DNA from: Mesotaenium endlicherianum
Lineage: Eukaryota
Direction: 5' to 3'
NCBI GenBank assembly: GCA_009602735.1
Contig: WELA01000730.1
Span: 89,583-153,582, forward strand
Length of the DNA: 64,000 nt
Shown here piece after piece: positions 1-10,375 of this stretch (the first letter of the stretch is position 1; the number at the start of each line of letters is the position of its first letter). The notes below the pieces were generated by a model. That model was not told where the DNA came from and searched no databases. It was given only the letters and a program-made list of their open reading frames with translations. The position numbers and the translations under genes were made by a program.

Positions 1-2612
1 GGGCTGCTGGGGCTGGAGGCGAGCACGCGCGTGCCCTCCTGGGCGGCGGGCGAGCCAATGCAGCTGACCAACCACGCGACGGGCCGCGTGGCGGCGCTGC
101 TGCGCGCACCGCCCAAGGACGGCGCCTCAGGCGGCATCAGCGCGTCGTGGCTGCTGCCAGCTGTCGCCGTGCTGGCGTCCGGGGACGTGGCCTCGGGCCT
201 GGTGGACCCGGCGCTGCCGAGCTTGATCCTCGTGGGCGCTGCCTCAGCCGCGGCCGTCACCGCCGCGGCCAACACACTGCTGCTGCCGCGCCTCAACCAA
301 GTGAGTGAGTGAGTGAGGGGAGAGAGAGAGAGGAAGGGAGCAAGCTCCATTCCCACACGCCACGCTGCAGCCCCACCTTTTCCGCTTCCCCACCCCTCAG
401 CCAGCGTTTGCGCTCGTGTTGGAGAGCACTCACCCTGGCTTGGCACTCTGGCGTGTATGTGTGTGTGTGTGGTTGTGTGTGTGCGTGCCCGTGCGCGTGC
501 GTGCATGTGCGTGCGTGCAGCTGCCAGGGGGGTCGGTGGACCTGGTGTACGTGAGGCAGCAGCTGCTGGCGCAGCACGGGGAGGTGCAGGCGCGCCTCGA
601 CGCCCTCACAGCTGCTGCTGCCGACGAGGTGCACCCCCTGCCTCTCTCTCTTCGCCTCCCTTTCCATTCTCCTCTGCCTCTCCCTCTCCCTCTCCCTCAG
701 CATGTGCATGCCGCCTGTTGTGCAGTGGCGTGCATGAGCTGCTGCAGGTGGCCCTAAGCGAGCCTGCGGTGGGAGGGAGGGAGGGAGGGTTGGGCGGCAG
801 AGCAGGTGCGCATGCTGGCGCGCATGTGCCAGCTGGAGAACAAGATGGACGCCGTCGGCGAGCCGGCCGCGTATAGGTCAGTCAGTCAGCCAGCCAGCCT
901 TTGAGGTAGGCAGTCCGTCCAGGCGCTGGCGCTGGTGCTGGTGCTGGTGCTGGCGCTGCTTCTTCATCTCCATCTCCATCTCCATTTGCATGCGCATGTC
1001 TGCACCCCACCCCCTTCTGTCCCGTGCGCTCCGCCCGGCTCAGCTCATGGTTGGGGGAGGGGGGGAGATGTAGTGGAAATAAAAGATCTTGGAATGAATG
1101 CAACGCATTTATCAGTGCACCTCTACCTCCATTTGCATCTCCCATCCCACACCACGCCTTCTGCTCCCCCCCCGTCCCCTCTGCTCACCTCAACCCACCT
1201 CAGCTCAGCGCAGGTCGCAGGAAGAGCACTTCTAGACAGCAACTTCTGACGTGCCGGGGCGATGGCACTGGCAATGGTGGCGGTGGCGATGGCGGTGGCA
1301 ATGGCGGTGGCGTTGGGGGTGTGCAGTGCGCGCATGGAGAGGGTGAGGGGCGCGCGCATGGGCCTGGACGAGCGCCTCACCTCGCGCCTGGACCTCATTG
1401 ACAGCTATGCCAAGGCAGGCCCCCCTGCCGCCCCTGCCCCTCCCTCTCTCCCTCCCTCCCTTCTTGCTTTTCTCCCTCACCTCAAGGCAGGGCTTAAGGG
1501 ACTGGCAAGCATACTCAAGCTATGGTTCCCTTTGAGGTTGTTCTATAATGCGCACTCGTGGTCAAGCTTCTGCTGGCAATCAAGTGGACGCTCAACGCGT
1601 CAGGTTATTGATTGGCTTGGTCGTTTGTCGTGAGAGGAAAGCACGGTGGGCAAAGGGGGCAGGAAAGCGTGGCCTGGCCTGTCACTAATCTCCTCCCTAC
1701 CCTGCCGCTGCCAGCTATGCACTCTGGTCCTCCACTGCCAGCAGCAGCGTGCCTGCATCTCCTGACACATGCATGTATCTGCGTGCGCGTGCGCGTGCGC
1801 AAGTGTGCGCGTGTGTGTTGAGGGGGAGCAGATCGCTTCCATGATTGAGATAGAGGTGGAGATGGACGCGGACCTGCTGGCGGCGGAGGCCACGGGCGCC
1901 ACAGTGCGTGCCCCGTCCTCTGCTGCACTTTTACCCACCTCTTGAGCATGTTTGTTGTACTGTCGCCATGTGGCATTATCATCATACTGGTACGAGGAGT
2001 GGACCTCAGCTTGGGAGAAGATCTTGGAAGCATGTGCATGCGGCCCTGATGTCTGCCACTCAGCCTTCGAGTGCGTGTTGCGCTGCTGCACGGCATTTAT
2101 GCATGCTGGGATGAGTGTCGGTGCGCACTGCTGAGAAGCTGTTTGAGAATGTGTGCGTATGATGAGCAGGAAAGCATTGCGGAGCAAATTGAGAAGCTGA
2201 TGGAGGTCGAGTCCCTGCAGAAGGTACGCTTCGTTCTCTCTCCCTCTCTCTCTGTCTGTGCTTGTTGCCCACGCACCCGACCACTTCTGCGGGCGGGCCA
2301 AGCCCTCGTCCCCAAGCTTGCTAGACGCCAACAACCATGCATGCTACTTATCACGGATGGAGTTGCCGCACTTTGCAGAGGGAGGCATGTTTCATGCCTA
2401 GTTAAAAAAACACATACAACGAGAATGTCGGTGCTGAGGGGATGGGTGCTGCTCTGCTCTGCATGCGTCTTGCTGAAGCTCAGTTGAGAGGGAGGTGGGG
2501 CTTGGGCTTGGGCATGGGCATGGATGGGCAGGAGTGGAGAGGGCAGGCAGAGGCGAGCGAAGAGGTCGAGCGCCTCCTGCGCAACGCCCCTCCGCTGCCA
2601 GACTATTCTTGA
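1..2612 (+). CDS. 3' part of a conserved plant/algal uncharacterised protein (hydrophobic segments followed by a C-terminal coiled coil); 5' end lies outside the window
   Basis: Exons join in frame: <1-300 (..GEPMQLTNH..LLLPRLNQ), ~521-628 (LPGGSVDLVYVRQQLLAQH..), ~805-877 (VRMLARMCQLENKMDAVGE), ~1327-1414 (ARMERVR..IDSYAK), 1832-1903 (IASMIEIEVEMDADLLAAEA), ~2170-2223 (ESIAEQIEKLMEVESLQK), 2532-2612 (EWRGQAEASEEVERLL..TGA). From memory this resembles a conserved land-plant hypothetical family; function unknown. Confidence 0.8.
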
Positions 2613-3170
2613 TGCAGTTGTGCACACACCATGGCAGCCTGGGGGTCGCCAGGGACTACCCACCCTACAGCATGCAACTCACCATTCATCTTAGCGAGAT
2701 AGGTTCTTCCATGTGCCGCTTGATTTTTTTGCGAGAGTAGGTGTAAAATATGAGAGGTATCAGTGTTCACTGGCAATAAGTTTGGAGCTGGTCTAGGAAG
2801 CAGATGCTTCCTACTGTTTTGTCCCCTAAAGAGTAATGCAGGAAGGAAACTGGTTGCTTGCTTTATATTCCTGTATCAAAATTAGCAGAGTTTTTTCTTT
2901 AGGCCATTAAGCTGTCAAGTATAAAGTGCATTGCCTCCCACTACTTTTTCCGTCATTCAATATGATCAACACTGATGAGGCTCAATCTTCCAACATCCTC
3001 AAGAAAGTTGTTGCGAGTGTGTACATTGCACGTGTAAACCTGAGCCACAGCTTCCTACATATTCTGCTCCTGTCTACAGCATACCCATATTGACTTAGAA
3101 CAATGAAATTATGGACACCTAACCTACCAACAACCTGCCAGCTTGTATACGAAAGCGTGACTGATATACA

Positions 3171-6100
3171 TTAGGAGCCGCCACCAAGCAGCATCGCAAA
3201 AAGGTCATCTCCCTCCGAGTCGGCAGCAACCTTGGGTCGCTTCGGTTTTCTCGCCTTGAGCACCGCTGCGGGCCTGCCGCCTGCGGGCTGCGGCGCTGGA
3301 GATTTCCTTTTCATTTCTGCTGCCCTGGGCGCTATTATACCTAAGCCCACACCTGCACCCGCACCTGCACCTGCACCCGCACTCGCACCTGCTTCTGCAC
3401 CCGAATCTGCTCCGGCATCCGCACCTGCTCCTGTACCGGCAGCTGCCTCGGCCCCTGCGCGTGCAAGTGAACCACCAGAAGTCTGCGGCAGGCTCATCGA
3501 GTCTGCCCTGCCGCCGCTTTCTTCTGCCAGGCCAGCAAGACGTGTAGCAGGAGAGGCAGGAGGCTCGGGAGGAGGGGCTGCGGCAGCAGCACTCCTGTTG
3601 TCGCCTTCCACAGGTGGCAGTGAGGAGGCCCGGGGACTCGACGCCTCCCCTGCAAGCAGCTGCGGCTGCTGCTGCTGCTGGTGCTCTGGCGGCTGCGGCC
3701 GCACTTCGGGCAAGCCAGGCCACCCCTGGGCATCACCGCAGGTGCACACAATGAGGGTTGCAGCTCCCTCCCGCCACTTGAGCTGCAGCCTACCTGTGCG
3801 CTTCTGCTGCTGCTGCTGCTGCTGCGCCACAGGTAAGCAGCAAGAAAGAGGTCACACACAGCTTTGCCCCGCTTCCCTCAAGAGAACTGGAGCTCCTTTT
3901 CCTCCCCCTCTTCTCCCCCTCGCAGCGGAAGAAGTCAGGAGGAGCAGATGAGGAGGCAGCGGCAACTCGACAAGAATCATTTGGGGGGGGGGGGGNNNNN
4001 NNNNNNNNNNNNNNNNNNNNNNNNNNNNNNNNNNNNNNNNNNNNNNNNNNNNNNNNNNNNNNNNNNNNNNNNNNNNNNNNNNNNNNNNNNNNNNNNNNNN
4101 NNNNNNNNNNNNNNNNNNNNNNNNNNNNNNNNNNNNNNNNNNNNNNNNNNNNNNNNNNNNNNNNNNNNNNNNNNNNNNNNNNNNNNNNNNNNNNNNNNNN
4201 NNNNNNNNNNNNNNNNNNNNNNNNNNNNNNNNNNNNNNNNNNNNNNNNNNNNNNNNNNNNNNNNNNNNNNNNNNNNNNNNNNNNNNNNNNNNNNNNNNNN
4301 NNNNNNNNNNNNNNNNNNNNNNNNNNNNNNNNNNNNNNNNNNNNNNNNNNNNNNNNNNNNNNNNNNNNNNNNNNNNNNNNNNNNNNNNNNNNNNNNNNNN
4401 NNNNNNNNNNNNNNNNNNNNNNNNNNNNNNNNNNNNNNNNNNNNNNNNNNNNNNNNNNNNNNNNNNNNNNNNNNNNNNNNNNNNNNNNNNNNNNNNNNNN
4501 NNNNNNNNNNNNNNNNNNNNNNNNNNNNNNNNNNNNNNNNNNNNNNNNNNNNNNNNNNNNNNNNNNNNNNNNNNNNNNNNNNNNNNNNNNNNNNNNNNNN
4601 NNNNNNNNNNNNNNNNNNNNNNNNNNNNNNNNNNNNNNNNNNNNNNNNNNNNNNNNNNNNNNNNNNNNNNNNNNNNNNNNNNNNNNNNNNNNNNNNNNNN
4701 NNNNNNNNNNNNNNNNNNNNNNNNNNNNNNNNNNNNNNNNNNNNNNNNNNNNNNNNNNNNNNNNNNNNNNNNNNNNNNNNNNNNNNNNNNNNNNNNNNNN
4801 NNNNNNNNNNNNNNNNNNNNNNNNNNNNNNNNNNNNNNNNNNNNNNNNNNNNNNNNNNNNNNNNGGGGGGAAGGGGGGGGGGGCGTGCACCTGGCAGCGC
4901 GGGAGAGAGGCTCCAGCATCTGCTTGCCCCTTCCCAACAAACACCAGCGACCAGATTAGTCCTGCAGCAGCAGCAGCAGCAGCAGCAGGGACAGCAGCAA
5001 AAGCGGCAGCAGCGGCAGCAGCGGCAGCAGCAGCTGCCTCTGGCCCTCGTGCTCCAGCAGCTGCACTCCCACTGGCAGCCTCCCACATGTGCTAGCTGCC
5101 TGGGGGACTGGTGAGTGGTCAGCAGGCCACACGATTCCGAATGGACCTGCTGGACCTGCATGCTGCCGCATGCTTCCAGCCACCGGGTGTGTCCTTCTCT
5201 CGCTCCTCCCAGGCTCTCTCATCACAACTGGACTGTCATCCCGCAGCGCCACCTAAGCCCGGAACCCCATACCCAGAGGCCTTAGCCTGGTCTCGATTCC
5301 GCCCACAACAAGCGCGGGGCTCAGAGGAACATACGCGCTCAAGTTCAATAAAAGGCGAGGGACTCAGCCTCCAGCCCCTTCTTGCCGCAAGAAACAGGTC
5401 CGTAAGGTGAGCTCCATATTCACGTCAAGTCTAAAACTCAATACATCTTCAAGCACAACAGGGTGTTCTTCTTAAGCATCCAAACGGCCACCCTTCCCGG
5501 ATTCTCCCTCTAAGCCTGTTACTGCAAGGAGCTATCCATCCTCACTTCATAAGGAGTAGCAGTCTTTTGGACGTAAAGTATGCTCCCCATTCTAACATGC
5601 AGCAACTCTGCTGATTTCGTTAGGCTGGCTTTATAAGGTGTGCGGGGCCTATAAGGATGCCACAGACAGCAACGGGGAGGTGTGGCAACCTGCACTTGGT
5701 AGTGGGCAGCCCCCATCAATCGCGCCTCTGCTGCATTCCCCACTTTCCTCAGCTTGTCGCTCCTATCTCTGCACGACACTTAAGGCCCAAGGACCCATTC
5801 GTTAACAGAAGGGGTTCATGCATGACATCGGCCTAACATGCAGATGAGGCATGGTGCTTACCTCGACAAAGGTGTCCGCTCGACAGGCTGAAGCAAGGCA
5901 ACTATCTCGTCAACGACCAGCTCAGTCCGCATCTTTTGAAGAATGTCCAAGTGGCAATGCACCTGCACGAATAGCACATGCAGGTGAGAGCCTGTCTTTT
6001 TGAGGAACCGAACATCTCAGAGTCAGATCCCAGTCGAGCATCTTAAAGTACCTGAGTAAGAAGGCGAAAGTAGGATGAACGTCTGTGTTGGCTGCGGCTT

Positions 6101-6198
6101 TTATATACCAATCGTTCTACTACCGCTGCTTCTGCCCAAAGAGAGCGTGCAGCCAACCTCTCCTTTGCAATCAGCAGCGCCTCGAGTACTTCCTCCAT
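3171..6198 (-). CDS. NEPRO: NEPRO/DUF4477-family nucleolar protein (RNase MRP-associated family); middle exons probably lost in gap 3996-4864
   Basis: Exon 1 6198-6052 reads MEEVLE..VVERLVYKSRSQHRRSSYFRLLTQ, matching the DUF4477 'ERxVYKxxxQHRRxxYF' motif. Exon 2 5962-5862 reads VHCHLDILQKMRTE... Exon 3 (~5767-5689) reads ..EARLMGAAHYQVQ. A short exon at ~4920-4892 reads MLEPLSRAA. The last exon is low-complexity and ends DDLFAMLLGGGS* at 3171. GT-AG sites were checked for exons 1-3. Confidence 0.72.
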
Positions 6199-6751
6199 TT
6201 TATATGAGACAACACCAGCTCTCTATGTTTTTATCATCTTATATACAGGATAAGACCACATCATGCCCACTTCTCAGTGATCGTGCTTTTCATTTTCGTT
6301 CCCGAAAGACTCGGCAATCTATGGGTCCGTGGCCATGCGTACCAATGCTCATAGAGCAATATACGGCGAGTCAACGCACGAGCTTGACCGACTCACTATG
6401 CACTGGAGCACTCAACACGTGTTGATAAAATCTATGTCGCCACCGTGGCGCCTATGACAAATATACACCTCTTTTAAGGTCAGAAATACTATTTTCACCC
6501 CTCGTTCTCAAATTAGTTTCAGTAAGAAAGTGGAAGAGGTTTGAAACATCACGCTAACTTTGTTAAAGTATAGTGGAAAATTGTAGATCCCAATAAGGCA
6601 AAACCTTAACTTGTAAATAAATGATGATTTTAATTTCTAGTAACATGTCCACGAATGCTATATGTGCAGCTGTGAGGTGCCAGTGACATTCAACACATTG
6701 GAGAATATACAAAGTAGACGAGCTTTCCACAAACAGAGTCGAATCATGTGC

Positions 6752-7348
6752 CTAGTCAAGCTGACGATGACCTGGCCGAAGCACGCTGTCCTCTGTACTC
6801 AAATCTGCTGCAAACGACTCAACATCTGAAACATCTCCGTTTGAGCCCTGCCTAAAAGCAGCAGCCCCATCAGCAGAGCACGAGCTACTTGACCCAGATC
6901 CAAAGTCGTCAATAACGCACGAGCTAGTAGCACTAGATGCTAAGTCTTTCGTCTGTCCCGAATCAGCGGTCAAGCTGGAAGCGTAAGGGTTGACGAAGTC
7001 ATCAGCCACAAGGTAGGGGCCATCCTCATCCGAATATACAGCGTGCCCAGACGCAGACAGTTCACTGAGAGAAGAGTGCTGCAGCCCGTCGGAGTCCAGG
7101 CGAGTGTGCTCCAGAAGGGCACTCTGTTGGTGCCTGGAGGGGTGAGTGGGGCTGAAGCTCCACAGGGTGGGTGCCACCTTCTTCAGCAGGGGCACGCGCT
7201 TGTACACGATGTACACACACACCAGCAGGAACAGCAGCGTGCCCACTGCCAGAACCAGCCTGCATGCACGTGTGAAGTCCACACGGGCCACCCACCACGT
7301 AAGTTAGTCAAGACTACCACCTGGCCCAAAATCTCCACACACAAGCCC

Positions 7349-7379
<31 letters not shown>

Positions 7380-9328
7380 ACGGGGACGGGGACGAACGAG
7401 AAAGGGAGATAGAGAGAGGGAGAGAGGAGGGAGAGTAGGTGCAGACCGCTCCACGACGTCTTGGCGCTGGAGCATGGAGAGCAGGCGGCGGGCAACGGAG
7501 AGCAAGGAGCCCTGCCCCTCATATTCGCTCTGCGCCTTCTTCAGCGTCGCCGTCGACTCCCCTGCTCACTCCCGCGCACAGCCTTCACTCCTGTCATATC
7601 TTGGAGGAATTCATAGAAACAAACTCAAACCCATTGTAGACTGTCTGCCATGCTCATTACAGTCCGCTAGTGCAGCAACCACTCCAGCTGCTGTGTACTC
7701 ACACTTCCCAACATGGAGCAACATACGACTACAACGGCCAAATAACCTCAAACAATCGGACTGCCAGCCTATTCAGAACATGCAGTGGACTGACAAAGAA
7801 GGAGGCTCACCCATAACATGGAGCGTGGCCGCACCCCTCTCCACCTCCTGATGGAAGAACAGAACATACGCACGAGTATGTTAGCCATCACCCCTGCCAC
7901 TTCTAGCTGACAGCAACTGCCCACGGTCGCATGCAGCAGGAGCAATTACCCCCCTAAGAGAGAGGAATCTCTCCATGTGGTTGCTTGCCACTTGGCAGAA
8001 CCCTAGCGAGGACTTTCTGCAGTAGTGCTGCCGCCACGGCAGCAGGAGCAGCAGCAGCAGGCGCAGCAGGAGCACCTGGGCCATGATCTGGCGGGTGCGC
8101 CTCAGCGTGTCTGTCACGTCTTCCGCCGCACCGCCCAGCTCTGCTGCAGTCCTGCACCCCCCCCGTGCAGCTTGCTCCGCTTCACTGCCTGCCAGCCAGC
8201 CTGGCCGGGGGCGAGAAGCCACCCAGAAAGGCCAGACTTCTGAAGCAGGAAGAGAAGGCAATTCTGTCACATTACACCTTGAAAAAGCTCCATCCAGTGG
8301 AAGACTTGAATTCTCAAGAGCAGAGACGGGAGTGGCGAGAAGAGACATACTGCAGCAGGCGCCGTCTCAGAGCGCCCTTCTCCCCTCCTCCCAGCAGAGC
8401 CTCCCTCTGCCCCCCTCTCCACACAATGTCCAGACGGAGCCATCCATCCTTTGAGCCTGCCCTTGAAGGTGCGGCTGGCAGCAGATGCAAGAGCCAGGGG
8501 CATGATGGCAGCACCGCGCCAGCTCACCAGCTCGCCAGCCTTGATATAGCATGGCAGGACACTTGCTGGAGGGCTGCGGAAACAGGCAGAAAGACACAAA
8601 GAGAAGGCAGGGGGAGAGGGAACGCACCTGCGAGCGAATCACCACCTCTGCATTCACTTTAGCTTGCTGCTTCGCTTTCCGCAGGTCTGCCCTCAACCTG
8701 CTCCTCAGCCCCTCGCCCCCCCCCCCAAACAAACAAAAAACAAGCTCGCATGAGGACTGATGAGGACTGTGGCAACCAGTGCAACAGCCGTGGCCGAAAT
8801 GTCAGCCCCCAATAATCCTAGGTTTTGTTTCGTGCCCACAGATGCGTTTGTTACCAGGCTCTTTGTTTAGGGTCCAGCATAGGCAGTGTGAGTACCTGAA
8901 GTAGTCATCGCGGCAAGTCTCAAGAAGCGCTTGAGCAGCTTCGCCCTCCTGCTCCCTGCCTTTGTGCCCCCAAGAACCACCATACACTACGCCTTATCCA
9001 TCAAAAACAGAGGCAACATCACAAGGAAATGATGCTTGCAACAGCTGAAGTCCCTCCTAAGCATTCACTGCAACCAGAAAGATGGCGAAGGAACTTACCC
9101 GTCAAGCTCATTCACACGAAGCTCAACTGCCAAAAGTGTGCGCCTCAGAGCACTCAGCTTATCCTGCACAACTACTTCCGCCCTCTGGTCCCCTCCCCTG
9201 CTGTCGCCCTGGACATCTAAGCCCGTCGCTATCTTTGATATACCTGACACTGCATCGTTACGAAGCTTGACCCAAGTTTCCTGCAGAGATTTGAGAGGGC
9301 TTACTTCCTCCCTCCCAAGTTGAGCCAT
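6752..9328 (-). CDS. SEC20: SEC20/BNIP1-like ER SNARE (multi-exon)
   Basis: ATG at 9328. Exons give ..LRSRLRADLRKAKQQ, ALLGGGEKGALRRRLLQ, AAEDVTDTLRRTRQIMAQ, EVERGAATLHVM, ESTATLKKAQSEYEGQGSLLSVARRLLSMLQRQDVVER, then the TM segment LVLAVGTLLFLLVCVYIVYKRV. This is the Sec20 SNARE-motif-plus-TM pattern. Stop at 6752. Confidence 0.9.
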
Positions 9329-9854
9329 CAGCAATTTTCGTAACTCTCTCCTAAGTAAATTGACAGCTTATAATCTCACACGGAGTTTCTGCGATACAAG
9401 CTATGCCAGAAATAACTACCGCCCAAATGAGCATCAAAGTGTAGTCCGTACGAACAAGCGACGTGTCGAAACAGATTCTGCGGACACTTCTTATCAGAAT
9501 GGGCAGCTTTCACGAAATTACAGATAAAGACGCATTAAGGGCCTCACTGAAGCCAGATTATGCATCCAAGAGTAAGCAAATATACTTCGTTTGTTTACTC
9601 TAATTTTCCTGTGCTTGCAATGGGGACCCATGGATGGTGCGTCTCTGGGAAGTGTCAAAAGTGGGTGTGTGCGAACTCCACTGCGTGCCACTTCCAAAGC
9701 TCCTGTCTTTACTGACAGCATTTCGTATCACATGTGACTCACATTCCCGTACCGCATGCCATATCAATCGTACACCGTGCGAGCCTCGTTTGTAAGCATT
9801 TGTAAGCGCCTTCGCGTTGTTCTGCCTGCTTCACGCGAAGCAAAGTGCACCAGT

Positions 9855-10375
9855 GAGAAAAGAGGAATAGCTGGGGTACGAAAAGAGGGGTAGCAGGGTG
9901 GGGTTCGAAAAGAGGGGTCTACCAGACGTACGAAAAGTGGGATAGCAAGATAGCGTGGTGGTACGAAAAGCGGGATAGGTTGGGTACGAGAAAAGGAACA
10001 AATGACGTACGGAAAGAAGGATAGCAGAGTGGAGTACGAAAAGGGGGATACGAGGGGAACGACATGAAAGATAGCAAGAAACGGAAAGAGGATTAGCAGG
10101 GTGGGTACGAAAAGAGAGATATAGCTGGGGTACATGCAGCTGGGGTACTAAAACAGGGAGGTACGAAAACAGGGATAGCAGGGTCGGGTACGAAAAGAGG
10201 GATAGCTCGGATACGAAAAGAGGGATAGTAGAGATACGAAAAGTGAGATAGCTTGGGTACGAAAAGAGCTTGGGTACGAAAAGAGGGATAGGCTGGGGTA
10301 CGAAAAGAGGGATAGCAGGGTGGGCTACGAAAAGAGGATGATTGGGGTACGAGAAGAGGGATAGCAGGTATTACG
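9855..10375. repeat. Degenerate minisatellite, ~21 units of ~23-27 bp, consensus GGGTACGAAAAGAGGGATAGC(A/T)G
   Basis: Directly visible repeated TACGAAAAGAGGGATAGC-like units, with near-consensus copies at ~10188, 10211, 10274 and 10298. Confidence 0.9.

Noticed and set aside
3790..5161. Long ORFs spanning N gaps (also 28956-31486, 53411-54368, 61968-63143) and many Ala/Cys/His/Pro-rich ORFs
   Set aside because: Artefacts of N runs, GT/CA microsatellite-like introns and antisense frames of GC-rich exons.
9855..10375. CRISPR array
   Set aside because: Units are degenerate and nearly abutting, with no unique 25-45 bp spacers, no cas genes, and a eukaryotic context.
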